Below are positions 30,660-40,791 of a DNA stretch of 64,000 bases, in pieces; position 1 is the first letter of the stretch; each line of letters opens with the position of its first letter. The stretch comes from Longimicrobiales bacterium (GTDB lineage: Bacteria > Gemmatimonadota > Gemmatimonadetes > Longimicrobiales > Gaopeijiaceae), in assembly GCA_965249725.1 (NCBI GenBank), contig CBDFMQ010000002.1, forward strand, positions 1,184,001-1,248,000. Direction: 5' to 3'. The translations under genes were made by a program, and so were the position numbers. The notes beneath the pieces were generated by a model, which was not told where the DNA came from, searched no databases, and was given only the letters and a program-made list of their open reading frames with translations.

Positions 30660-32072
30660 CTAGGAGAAGGCCAGCAGGAGGGCCACAGCGACCCCAGCAC
30701 CCACCAGCGTATTCGTGAGGTTCAGCACCTCGTTGTCGGATCCACGCCGGTCCCCGAGGAGGGAGGCGAGCAACGACTCCGTCATGGACCCGACGAAGGC
30801 ACCGGTGACCACGGCCATCGCCCCGCTCGGAGCGACAAGGCCGAGTGCCGTTGCGAGCAGAGCCATCGCCACCGCGGCGAGCGCCCCGGCGACCGTTCCC
30901 GGCACGGACACGGCGCCACCCGTGCCCGCTGGAACGGACTGGAGCGTCGGGACCCGATAGTGTCTCCGTCCAAACGCCTTGCCGACCTCCGTGGCCGTGG
31001 TGTCGAACAAGGCCGTGGCAAAGGCCGCCACCATGGCCAGTGTGAACAACTCGGTAGAGGGAGTGGCCACAGCCAGGAACGCGAAAGCGACCGCCGCGCC
31101 CGTGTTGGCGAACGCGCTTCCTGCCCCCCTTCGCCCTCCGCTCTCCTGAGCGATATCCAAGGCGACCTTGCGGGCGTGACCCAGGCGCGTCATCCCCACC
31201 CCACCGACCACCAGGAGGATGAGCAGAGCGAACCCGGGCCACCCCGCGAACCCATACAGCAGAGTGCCTATTACGAGGCCAGCGAACGCACCGGCACGGT
31301 CCACCGATTGGGTGCCGTAGGCCAAGACCGCGAACGGAGTGGTCACCGCCACTCCCCACATCAGGCCGGACACGAGTGCGGAGGCGCCCTCGACGAGATG
31401 GCTCGGACTCACGAGGGCAGCCGCCCACAGCACCGCGCCGCCCGCAACGGGCACCAGAATGTTGTCGTCGACGGTGCTCTCGAGAGACTCCGCCAGGGCC
31501 GCGGCGACCGCCGCCGCGAGACAGCCGACGAGCAGGAACGCGACACCGCCCCCGGCGCTCTGGTCACTCATGAAGAAGGACGGACCGACCCAAGTCACGT
31601 CGATCGCCGGCCAGAAGGAGGTCACTCCGCGCGCAAGCTGCGTCCACCGAATCAGGCACGCCGATGCGATCGTCCCGTACAACACGAAGGCCCCTACCCC
31701 CGCCCAGGTCTTCTTCCGGTTCCAGGAGAGTCGCGGGCCGCCCAACGCGAGTCCCGACACGGTCGCCATGCCATCGCCGACCGCTAGGAGTGCCCAGATA
31801 CCGGCGGCCAGCTCCAGCCGAGACCGGAACACCAGGAACACACCGATGAGGACGGCCGGATAGATCACGATGCCCGCAGAGAAGCCTCGGGCCTGCTCGT
31901 CGGGCCGCAACAGTCTGTTGCGCGTCATCCCATGAAGGAAGAAGAGGTTGAGCACCAGGGCGGCCACAGCCATCAGGACGGCCTGCCAAGGCGTCAGCCA
32001 ACGCAGAAGGAGAGCGAAGCCCCCCATGGAGATATGAACGACCTTCCGGGGAAGCTCGGCGCCCAGGGTCAT
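30660..32072 (-). CDS. Fusion: phytol/dolichol-kinase (CTP_transf_1-like) domain + DUF92 domain
   Basis: N-half ELPRKVVH, GDGMATVSG..KKTWAG, DDNILVP; C-half GGRRGAGSAFAN, DTTATEVGK, VPAGTGGAVS..GT, DNEVLNLTNT. Confidence 0.82.
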   Translation of the reverse strand: MTLGAELPRKVVHISMGGFALLLRWLTPWQAVLMAVAALVLNLFFLHGMTRNRLLRPDEQARGFSAGIVIYPAVLIGVFLVFRSRLELAAGIWALLAVGDGMATVSGLALGGPRLSWNRKKTWAGVGAFVLYGTIASACLIRWTQLARGVTSFWPAIDVTWVGPSFFMSDQSAGGGVAFLLVGCLAAAVAAALAESLESTVDDNILVPVAGGAVLWAAALVSPSHLVEGASALVSGLMWGVAVTTPFAVLAYGTQSVDRAGAFAGLVIGTLLYGFAGWPGFALLILLVVGGVGMTRLGHARKVALDIAQESGGRRGAGSAFANTGAAVAFAFLAVATPSTELFTLAMVAAFATALFDTTATEVGKAFGRRHYRVPTLQSVPAGTGGAVSVPGTVAGALAAVAMALLATALGLVAPSGAMAVVTGAFVGSMTESLLASLLGDRRGSDNEVLNLTNTLVGAGVAVALLLAFS

Positions 32073-32156
32073 ACGGTCCGACTCAGGTGGCTCGCCGACG
32101 GTTGACCCGCAGGTCCTGACGCGAGGTCGGGACAGACGAAGGAGGCCGGCACCGGA

Positions 32157-34496
32157 TCAGCCGAACGCGCGCTTGAAGAGCGAGCGGACGTGCCCCTCGT
32201 ACCGTTTGACCACCAGCACCGAAGCCGGTGAATAGCGTGCCACCTTCTCCGGAATCTCCCCGAACAGGACCTGCTGGAAGAACGGTTCCCGCGCCGCACC
32301 CAGGACCACGAGATCGAAGTTCTTGCTGGCCCGCGCGATTCCGCCGGCGACGCTGGTTCCTTCGATGAGGAGTCGATCGACCACGACCTCCGGGCCGATC
32401 AGATCAAGCGTCTTGTCGAGCCACCGTTCGGCCTCCGCCCGTTCCTCCGCGGAGGCGTCTGGGTCGACGATATGGCAGGCCGTCACCGTCATATGGAACG
32501 CAGGTGCGAGAACGTTCAAGAGCTCGGCCGCCAACATGGCATGGGCCCCTCCCGAAGTCGGGAAGAGGCAACGCCGGGGCAGTTGAGGGTTGCCTATCTT
32601 GAGGAGCGCAAGATCACATGGGGCGTTCCGGATGACCTGATCCGCCACCTCACCGAAAATTCGATCGCTCGTGTCCGTGTACCCCTTCCAGCCCATGACC
32701 AGCATGTCGGCGCCGCTTCGGCGGGCTCCGGCCAGAATGCCGTCGTGCGCGTGGTGGGCCACGATCACGTCGGTCTCCAGGTCCACGCCACGGAACGCCG
32801 CATGCTCGAGACCATGCGTCAGCAGCGCCTCTTTGTGATGGGCGAATCGGAGTCCCTCTTGGATGGGGAGCTGGCGGGGCACCTGGACGACCGAGATGGC
32901 TGTCGTCCCGAGACCACGAGCCTCAGCGATGGGCTGGGCGAAGTCCAGAAGGACGTGCACATGGTCGGGGTTGTGGAGTGGTACCACGACCGTTTCATGG
33001 GCAGCGGGCTCGGCCACCTTACGAGGCTCGAGAATCTGAGGACGGATCTCTGCAGCCTGCTTCTCGAAGTAGCTGTAGTAGAGCACCAGACCAATCAGAA
33101 TCCACCCGCCGGTCACGTACCAGGCTAACGGCTGGAACGTGAACTGGTAGACTGCCAGGTAGAGGTTCAAGACGATCCCGAGCACAGGTACGACCGGATA
33201 GAGCGGGACCTTGTAGCGGCGCGGGAGATCCGGCGCTTTTCGTCGAAGCGTGATGACCGAGAGGTTCACCATCGCGAACGTCAGCAAGAAGATGAGGCTC
33301 GCGGCGGAACCCACCGCCTCGATGGGTAGGGTCATCGCCATGGCCAACAGAATCACGCCGGTGACGATGATGGCTACGTGAGGGGTTCGGCGGTCCGGGT
33401 GGATCGTCGCCATGGACTTGGGCAGCAGGCGGTCCCTGGCCATGGAAAAGGCCACCCGTGACGACGCCATGACCGTCGCGTTCAGAGCCGACATTGTGGA
33501 GAGCAATCCTCCGAAGACGATGATCGCCACGCCAAACGCCGGCATGAAGCCCTCGGCAGCCCTGACGATGGCCGTCTCCCCGTAGTCGCCCAGGAACCGC
33601 CATGAGGGCCTGCCGTCCGGGGGCCTGACGGCCGCAAGCGACACGAAGAGAATCAGGAGATACATCACCATGGTGATGCCCAGCGAGATGAACGTCGCCC
33701 GTGGGATGTTCTTCTCGGGCTCCTTGATTTCCTCGGCCACCGTGGCGATGAGGTCGTAGCCTTCGAACGCGATGAACGTGAGACCCATCGCCACGATCAC
33801 GCCGCCCATCCCCTCCGGAAAGAACGGGCTGAAGCTGGCCGCTGCCTGCCCGGGCTCCTCGAAGACTCGTCGGAGCCCATAGCCGATGAAGATGGCGAGC
33901 ACGAAGAGCTTCGTGACCGTCAAGACGTTCTCGGCCTTGCCGGTGACCTCTGCTCCCCGCGCATTCAGCCGCACGAATACGACAGCCACGAAGAGGGTGA
34001 CGAGGAGGATCGCCCCATGCTCGCCCACGACCCCGAAGGCACCCTCAGCGAGCCCGGGTAGGTACTTGATGAAGAATTCCCAGAAGTACCCGGCAAAGCC
34101 TAGCGCGTAGAGGCTGCACGCCACGGTGTAGGCGAACCACAACATCCAGCCTGCCGTAAACCCGACGGCGCCGGGGAAGGCACGGCGCACGTATGCGTAT
34201 CCCCCGCCTGCCTCTGGGATTGCAGTGGCGAGCTCCGCGTACGCGAAAGCCGTGAGGAGAGTCACCGCCCCGTTCAGCGAGAACGCGAGGATCGAGGCCG
34301 GGCCCGACTCGCCCGCCGCGATTCCGGTGAGTACGAAGATGCCGGCGCCGATCATGGCGCCGACCCCGATCATGGTCGCGTCGAAGAGCCCGAGATCTCG
34401 GGCGAAAGCCGGCGCCCCTCCGTCGGGGCCTTGGGCGTCCGAACTCACGCCTCGAGGGGTCCCGTCTGAGATGATCCGAAAGCCATGGGCCTCCAA
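32157..34496 (-). CDS. APC-family amino acid permease fused to two universal stress protein domains
   Basis: GAMIGAGIF, PEAGGGYAY, FIAFEGYDLI, EEIKEPEKNIP; USP motifs 'LVMGW..FGEVADQVIRNAPC' and 'LVVLGA..LFGEIPEKVA'. Confidence 0.9.
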   Translation of the reverse strand: MEAHGFRIISDGTPRGVSSDAQGPDGGAPAFARDLGLFDATMIGVGAMIGAGIFVLTGIAAGESGPASILAFSLNGAVTLLTAFAYAELATAIPEAGGGYAYVRRAFPGAVGFTAGWMLWFAYTVACSLYALGFAGYFWEFFIKYLPGLAEGAFGVVGEHGAILLVTLFVAVVFVRLNARGAEVTGKAENVLTVTKLFVLAIFIGYGLRRVFEEPGQAAASFSPFFPEGMGGVIVAMGLTFIAFEGYDLIATVAEEIKEPEKNIPRATFISLGITMVMYLLILFVSLAAVRPPDGRPSWRFLGDYGETAIVRAAEGFMPAFGVAIIVFGGLLSTMSALNATVMASSRVAFSMARDRLLPKSMATIHPDRRTPHVAIIVTGVILLAMAMTLPIEAVGSAASLIFLLTFAMVNLSVITLRRKAPDLPRRYKVPLYPVVPVLGIVLNLYLAVYQFTFQPLAWYVTGGWILIGLVLYYSYFEKQAAEIRPQILEPRKVAEPAAHETVVVPLHNPDHVHVLLDFAQPIAEARGLGTTAISVVQVPRQLPIQEGLRFAHHKEALLTHGLEHAAFRGVDLETDVIVAHHAHDGILAGARRSGADMLVMGWKGYTDTSDRIFGEVADQVIRNAPCDLALLKIGNPQLPRRCLFPTSGGAHAMLAAELLNVLAPAFHMTVTACHIVDPDASAEERAEAERWLDKTLDLIGPEVVVDRLLIEGTSVAGGIARASKNFDLVVLGAAREPFFQQVLFGEIPEKVARYSPASVLVVKRYEGHVRSLFKRAFG

Positions 34497-34667
34497 GAAG
34501 TCGTCATGTGCGTCGGCCCCTCGATCTCGGGACCGCTAGAAGCTAGTCGGTGGGGCCCGATTCGCCACAGGAGCGGGCGGTCCGATAGACCCCGAGACGC
34601 CCTTGCCCGGCGGAAGGCCGCTACGGAATATTCGATCCCCCGCCTGTCTTCGACCGGAGTTGCTGCC

Positions 34668-36226
34668 ATGAAGCGCATCCGCCCCTTCCTGTCCGTCCTC
34701 TACACCGCGGCGATCACGCTCGCATCCGCCTTCGTGTCTCCGGCGAGTGCCCAGGAGCCGGTTCATTGGGATGTCGCCGAGCGCATCCGGCAAGAAGGAT
34801 TCGAGAACTCCAGCGTCATGGAATTCGCCGGCTATCTGACCGACGTCATCGGTCCGCGGCTCACCGGTTCATCCAACATGCGACAGGCGCAGGAATGGGC
34901 GTTGCGACAGATGGAGGAGCTCGGCCTCTCCGGAATCGAGAAGGAGGCCTGGGGCGATGAGACAGCCGGGTGGGACATCGAGCGTGTGTCGGTGCACATG
35001 CTCGAACCCGACTACCAGATGGTCATCGCATACCCCCTCGCCCTGACTCCCGGAACCGACGGCAAGGTCGTGGAGCGGGCTGTGCTCGCCGACATCCGAA
35101 GCGCCGCCGACCTGGACCGATATCGTGGTCGCCTACGGGGCGCCGTGGTCCTGGCCACTCCTCCCATGCCCATGGGCCCACAATGGTCCAGGACGCGTTT
35201 CGGCATACCGATGAGTCCCTTGAGGTATTCGAATCCGAGGGGCGCGACCTCCTCATCCAGAGACACGCGCGCGGCCAGCTGGATCAACGCACATTCCGGC
35301 CGGAGGGCATCTCCGAGGCCGAGATCGAGGAGTTCTACAAGTCCGAAGGAGTCGCGGCCGTGCTGAGGGCGAGCATCGGTAGTGATGGCACCGTCGCGGC
35401 CACCGGTCACGCGACCACGCGCGGCAACCGCACCCGGGCCGGCATCGAGAATGCCCTCCCTACCCTCGCCGTCGCTACGGAGCACTACAACCGGATCTAC
35501 CGGATCTTGGAGCGAGGGATTCCCGTTACGATGGAGGTCGACGTGCAGGTCGCAATCGATGACAGCGACCCGCGGGGATACAACATCATCGGAGAGATTC
35601 CGGGCACCGACTTGGCGGACGAGGTCGTGGCCATAGGGGCTCACCTCGACTCTTGGCACTCTGGGACCGGGGCGACCGATAACGCGAGCGGAGTCTCCGT
35701 CATGCTCGAAGCCATACGGATTCTCAAGGCTATCGACGCGCAGCCCAGGCGAACGATTCGGCTACTTCTCTGGAGCCATGAGGAAGGCGGACTTCGGGGC
35801 TCTCGAGGGTACGTCAAGAACCACTTCGGCAATCCCGAGGAGGGGACCACACCGGACTACGACAGATTCTCCGTCTATTTCAACATGGATAACGGCACCG
35901 GCCAGTTCAGAGGTGTCCACCAGCAGGGACATCCGCTCGTGGCGCCGATCTTCGAGGCATGGATGAAACCGTTCAACGATCTGGGGGTGAAGACCCTGTC
36001 CCGATTCAGCAACAGGGGAACGGATCACCTCTCGTTCAACGAGGCAGGGCTACCCGGCTTCCAGTTCCTGCAAGACCGGATCGACTACCGCGCTAGAACA
36101 CACCACTTCAACATGGACACATACGACAAGCTCCTCCCCCGCGATCTGATGATCAGCGCGAGCGTGGTGGCCAGCTTTGCATACCACGCCGCCGTACGGG
36201 ATCAGAGGATCCCTCGAAAGCCGTGA
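34668..36226 (+). pseudogene. Secreted M28 metallopeptidase (carboxypeptidase Q-like) with a frameshift near 35181
   Basis: N-part (signal peptide, LTDVIGPRLTGS) is in the 34485 frame; catalytic part (GAHLDSWHSGTGATDNASG, HEEGGLRGS, GTDHLSF, THHFNMD) is in the 34970 frame. Could be a sequencing error. Confidence 0.8.
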
Positions 36227-36257
36227 GACCCGCCCTGATCAGCAGCAGAGTTGTGGA

Positions 36258-36686
36258 TTACTCGCCGGCGCCACCGTCGGCATGCTCGGCGTGCGTATCC
36301 ACTGCCCGCTGGAGCATCTTTACGTACGTCCCCACATCTTCCGGCTTCTTGAAATAGGCCGTCGCCCCCAGGCTCCGTGCCAATTCGGCGTTCAAGTTGT
36401 GGAACGCCGAGATGACCGCCACGAGCGTGTCGCTCAACAGCTCCTGCTCCTTGAGCCACTCGAGGAATTGGAAGCCGGACATCTCGGGTAAACCCAAGTC
36501 CACCAGGAGCAGATCCGGCCGGTCCTCGCCCGAAGCGTCGACTCGGGCGCGTTCTCTAAGATGTTCGACCGCGGCTTCGCCCGTCTCGAATACCAGGACT
36601 TCGGTGCCTGGCCCTCCCACCTCCATTGCCGCCTTCTCCATGAGGAGGGCGTCGCCGGCATTGTCTTCAACGATGATCACCCTCAT
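36258..36686 (-). CDS. Single-domain response regulator (receiver)
   Basis: IIVEDN, LLLVDLGLPEMSG (phospho-Asp), ISA, YFKKP; GGAGG RBS. Confidence 0.9.
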   Translation of the reverse strand: MRVIIVEDNAGDALLMEKAAMEVGGPGTEVLVFETGEAAVEHLRERARVDASGEDRPDLLLVDLGLPEMSGFQFLEWLKEQELLSDTLVAVISAFHNLNAELARSLGATAYFKKPEDVGTYVKMLQRAVDTHAEHADGGAGE

Positions 36687-36780
36687 GGCTTCCTCCGTTG
36701 GGAGTGGGTACGTCGTTTAGCTGGGCGAAGAAACACCCTAGAGGCGTATTTGTAAAGACGGCCAACCAACGGGGGCGCTA

Positions 36781-36986
36781 GCGGGAGACCTGCTCGACGC
36801 CTCGGCTCGAACCGATCGGTTCGACTCCGGGCCATAGGTCCAGCTACCGAGAGGACTTTGGGGACACCGGATTTAGCTGCGGTCGCCTGCGGCGATCCTC
36901 GCTAGTCTCGGCGTGTTGCATCTGGGCCGCACTGCGGGAGAACTGCTTTACGCCTCGGCTCGAACCGTAACGGTTCGAACCCGGGC
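36781..36986. repeat. Two ~52-bp imperfect direct repeats with internal palindromes downstream of tRNA-Cys
   Basis: 36781-36832 gcgggagacctgctcgacgcctcggctcgaaccgatcggttcgactccgggc and 36934-36986 gcgggagaactgctttacgcctcggctcgaaccgtaacggttcgaacccgggc. Confidence 0.8.
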
Positions 36987-37013
36987 GTATCACATGCGGT
37001 TCTTCGAATCTAG

Positions 37014-37085
37014 AGGCGCCGCCCGGATTCGAACCGGGGAATAAAGGCTTTGCAGGCCTCTGCCTTACCACTTGGCTACGGCGCC
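37014..37085 (-). tRNA. tRNA-Cys (GCA)
   Basis: GGCGCCGTAGCCAAGTGGTAAGGCAGAGGCCT-GCA-AAGCCTTTATTCCCCGGTTCGAATCCGGGCGGCGCCT; CCA not encoded. Confidence 0.97.
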
Positions 37086-37090
37086 TAAAG

Positions 37091-37134
37091 CGAAAAGGGG
37101 CTCTTCGTCCGATGGACGGCAAGCCCCTTTTCCG
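37091..37134. terminator. Hairpin between tRNA-Gly and tRNA-Cys (terminator-like or processing stem)
   Basis: gaaaaggggct...agccccttttc inverted repeat with U-tracts possible on both strands. Confidence 0.55.
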
Positions 37135-37136
37135 AG

Positions 37137-37209
<73 letters not shown>

Positions 37210-37363
37210 ATGGAAAAAGGTGCTTTGGGCTACCCGCATCGGCGGAAATCGTTTCCAAAGCACCCTTCATTTCTGCGCTGGAAGCTAGACATGGCGCCAA
37301 AAAGTGTCAAGTTCCCAGTAGGCCATTTTCCCCATTTAGCTGCCCCGCCGAGACCGGGCCTCC

Positions 37364-39055
37364 ATGGCCGTTCCCGTAAACAGGTTCCACCATATCGAGG
37401 AGTGCCCGCGCCGCATGAGGGTGACCGTCGTTCCCAGTCCCGTTCGAGAGCTTGGACCCGGTCGACGGCGCCTACTCGTCGGTGCGTTCGGCTTGTCGAT
37501 GCTCGGGGCCTTCGTCCTCGGCGCAGCACCGACAGCGGCCCTCTCGCAGGAAGTCTCGGGGCCACTCGTGGAGCCGGGACGCCTTCGCTTCGAGGTCAGC
37601 ACGCTCTACCTCTACTCCGACGCCAGATTCGGGGAGCGCATGGTCGGTGAGACGCTCGTGGAGGAAGAGGAGCCTCTCGGCTTCGACTTCTCGGACACGG
37701 CGGTGGGCTCCAGGCTGTTTCCAGGACTGGAGACTCTCGAGCAGGATCTGGCGACGGCTACGGGCGGCACGGTGGAATCCCTCATCCTCGGGTCGACCAG
37801 GGCCGTCATGACCCGAGATGCCGTCTACCTTCCGCTTCGAATCGACATCGGGGTCTTCGACTGGCTCAGCGTCGGCGGGACGGTTCCCTTCTCGCGTCGT
37901 CGCGCCGAGGTGGCGTGGGCGTTCGATGGAAACGGAGCCAATACGGGACTTACACCCTCCGTCACTGATCCCGGCGCAGTAGGGACCTTCCTCGGCGGCC
38001 TTTCTGTCGCAGAGGCGGCGCTCGCGAGTCTCACAGATGATCTGTGCACCGCCGATCCGACGGCGTCGGGGTGCATCGGGGCCTCTTCGCTTCTAGAGGA
38101 CGGGAGGCAGTTCCGGCAGGCCCTCCTTCGATCGCTCGGATCACAGGGGGTCTTCCCCATCGATGGGACGCCCACGGCCGCGGCCCTTCAGAGTCGTGTT
38201 CTGGCACTCATGGACGCGCACCAGGCTCTGGGTGTCTCGTACCCGAACGCTGTTCCGATGGCCACGCAGATCCTCGATGAGGAGGCCTACGGCAACCTGG
38301 TCACCGACCCCGGATACGGGGTCGTAGGCGCCCCGTTCGAGTCCTGGCGGAGTGCGTGGGAGATGGGTGATGTGGAGCTCCATGCGAACGTTCGGTTGTG
38401 GATGTCGCCTCCAGCGGAAGACGCCGATACGGGGCGGTCGAGCACGAGCATCCTGGTCGGCGCGGGAGGACTGGTACGTCTTGGCACGGGTAAGACGGAT
38501 CTGCCCGACCACTTCGTGGACACCGGAAGCGGCGACGGCCAACAAGACCTGGAGTTGAGCCTCTTCGCAGGAATGTCCGGGGGTCGACTCGGTGTCTGGG
38601 GCGAGGCCCGATATGGCGTCGCGGCAGCGACAACCGTAGTGCGTCGCATCGCCGCACCCGACCGGATCTTCGCACCACTCTCCTCCTCCCAGGTAGTCCG
38701 CTGGACCCCCGGCAACTACTACCACCTCCGCCTAAGTCCCCGCTTTCAGCTCACCGATGAGATGTCGATCGCCTTCGATGTGAGGGCGTACTCCAAGAAG
38801 GCGGACCGCTACGAGTCGCTGGTTGCGGACGACGTGCCTTTCCCTTTCGATGTCGAACTGCTCGAGCTGGAGACCGAGCAGAACGTGCTCGAGACCGGAG
38901 TGGGAGTCGTCTACTCCACGGTCGGGACCGGTAGAGGTCGATCGATGGAGGCCCGCTTCCTCTTTCGAAGGGGCGTTTCGGGGAGCGGAGGGTTAACCCC
39001 GAAGACCGAGCGCTTCGAGTTCGGACTCCGGCTCTTCAAGGGAATCTGGAACTAG
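37364..39055 (+). CDS. Exported hypothetical protein, probable outer-membrane beta-barrel
   Basis: Signal-like segment ending ..AALSQE, alternating aromatic/aliphatic strands, C-terminal FEFGLRLF; true start may be downstream (e.g. 37415). Confidence 0.65.
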   Translation: MAVPVNRFHHIEECPRRMRVTVVPSPVRELGPGRRRLLVGAFGLSMLGAFVLGAAPTAALSQEVSGPLVEPGRLRFEVSTLYLYSDARFGERMVGETLVEEEEPLGFDFSDTAVGSRLFPGLETLEQDLATATGGTVESLILGSTRAVMTRDAVYLPLRIDIGVFDWLSVGGTVPFSRRRAEVAWAFDGNGANTGLTPSVTDPGAVGTFLGGLSVAEAALASLTDDLCTADPTASGCIGASSLLEDGRQFRQALLRSLGSQGVFPIDGTPTAAALQSRVLALMDAHQALGVSYPNAVPMATQILDEEAYGNLVTDPGYGVVGAPFESWRSAWEMGDVELHANVRLWMSPPAEDADTGRSSTSILVGAGGLVRLGTGKTDLPDHFVDTGSGDGQQDLELSLFAGMSGGRLGVWGEARYGVAAATTVVRRIAAPDRIFAPLSSSQVVRWTPGNYYHLRLSPRFQLTDEMSIAFDVRAYSKKADRYESLVADDVPFPFDVELLELETEQNVLETGVGVVYSTVGTGRGRSMEARFLFRRGVSGSGGLTPKTERFEFGLRLFKGIWN

Positions 39056-39057
39056 AC

Positions 39058-40722
39058 TCAGCCGGCCCCTAAGAGCTCGCGGGCATGCACACGCGATGTC
39101 TCGGACTCGGGATCGCCTCCCAGCATCCTGGCGATCTCACGCACGCGGGCTTCTCCCACCAGCGCGTCGACGCTGGTCGCCGCCAGGCCGTCCGTTTCCT
39201 CCCTCTTCTCGACGAGAAGGTGGCTTCGGGCCCTCGAAGCCAGCTGTGGCAGATGGGTGATGACGAACACCTGGTGATAACGGGCCACCTCCTTGAGCTT
39301 GGCCGCCACCAGTGTGGCTACCTGGCCACCGATACCCGCATCGATCTCGTCGAACACCAGCGTCGGAATCTCGTCCACCCGAGCTAGAATGGCCTTGAGC
39401 GCCAGCATGACCCTGGACAGCTCACCTCCGCTAGCCACCCGGCCAAGGGCCATGGGCGCGAAGCCGGCGTTGACCGAGACGAGGAACTCGACTCGCTCGG
39501 CGCCATGACTGCCGATCGAGGACAGGGCTTCCAGCGGGACCTTGAACGTTGCCCCCGGAAGGCCCAGATCGGGCAACAGCGCCTCGACCTCCGTCTCGAG
39601 CCGGCGGGCGGCAACCACCCGCTTGCCCGTCAGTGTCTCGGCCGCCCCGGCCAGGTCGGTGCGAGCCTTCTCGACATCGCGCCGCAGAGCTTCTTCGTCC
39701 CAACCCGACCCCTCGAGTTCATTCAGTTCAGCGCTCAGGCGCGTGCGGGTCTCTACGACATCGGCCAGCTCGGGTCCGTACTTCCGCTTCAGGCGGTGCA
39801 TCAGATCCAGTCGCTCTCGGACCTCCTCGATCCGGCCTGGGTCGTGCCGGATATTGCCCGAGTAGCCTCCCAATTCTCGCCCCACGTCGGCGAGCGCATG
39901 ATAGGCCTCCTCCAGGGCGTCGTGGGGAGCCTGAAGCGCCGGGTCCCACTCCTTGAGCCGCGCGAGGGATGCGAGCAGCTGAGAGGCTCGATCGGCAATG
40001 GCCCCGTCCGAGCCGTAGAGTTCCGAGTGGATCGCAACAGCCTCCCGGAGCAGCTCCTCCGAGTGCTCGAGCCGACCCATTTCCTCCGCGAGAGTCTCGT
40101 CCTCCCCGACCTCGACCGCGCCTTCCTCGATCTCAGCGAGCTGAAACCGGAGGAAGTCGCCCCGACTCTCCAACTCTCTGCGTCGCTCTTCCAACTCAAG
40201 GAGCCTCGCTTCAAAGCCGGCTAACGCCTCGAAGGCCTCGGACACCGCGACCGTATCGGCCTGCGCTTCTCCGAAGGCATCGAGAATCGAGCGTTGTGCT
40301 TCCTGACGCAGGAGGGTCTGGTGCTCGTGTTGGCCGTGGAGATCTACCAGCATTCTTCCGAGTTCGCCCACGATACGGGCGGTGGTGGGGGACCCGTTCA
40401 TCCAGGCTCGGTTCCTACCCTCGGCCGCCACCTCCCTACGGAGGATGAGCAGCCCGTCCTCGGCCTCCTGGCCCAGCTCGGTCATGCGGGACAGGAGTTC
40501 GGGTCGCTGGGACACGTCGAAGACCGCCTCGACCAAGGCTCTCTCGGCCCCGACCCGGACGGTTCCGCTCGACGCCCGCTGGCCCAACAGGAGCGAGAGC
40601 GCGCCGACGATGATGGACTTCCCGGCCCCGGTCTCCCCCGAAAGGGCGCTCAGTCCGGGGCCCAACTCCAGAGAGAGGTCGTCGATGACAGCGTAGTCGC
40701 GTACACGGAGTTCGATCAGCAT
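39058..40722 (-). CDS. recN: DNA repair protein RecN
   Basis: GETGAGKS, HGQHEHQ, ASGGELSR, FDEIDAGIGG, ITHLPQ, EIARMLGG. Confidence 0.97.
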   Translation of the reverse strand: MLIELRVRDYAVIDDLSLELGPGLSALSGETGAGKSIIVGALSLLLGQRASSGTVRVGAERALVEAVFDVSQRPELLSRMTELGQEAEDGLLILRREVAAEGRNRAWMNGSPTTARIVGELGRMLVDLHGQHEHQTLLRQEAQRSILDAFGEAQADTVAVSEAFEALAGFEARLLELEERRRELESRGDFLRFQLAEIEEGAVEVGEDETLAEEMGRLEHSEELLREAVAIHSELYGSDGAIADRASQLLASLARLKEWDPALQAPHDALEEAYHALADVGRELGGYSGNIRHDPGRIEEVRERLDLMHRLKRKYGPELADVVETRTRLSAELNELEGSGWDEEALRRDVEKARTDLAGAAETLTGKRVVAARRLETEVEALLPDLGLPGATFKVPLEALSSIGSHGAERVEFLVSVNAGFAPMALGRVASGGELSRVMLALKAILARVDEIPTLVFDEIDAGIGGQVATLVAAKLKEVARYHQVFVITHLPQLASRARSHLLVEKREETDGLAATSVDALVGEARVREIARMLGGDPESETSRVHARELLGAG

Positions 40723-40791
40723 AGAGGGGAATCTACCAGGGCACGGCGAGCCCGCTCAATGGGAGTTGGGGACGGAGCTTCCGAGCGGTCC

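Noticed and set aside
36781..36986. CRISPR array or prophage att site
   Set aside because: Only two degenerate ~52-bp units with a ~100-bp spacer, no cas or integrase genes, and the tRNA-like part is inverted.
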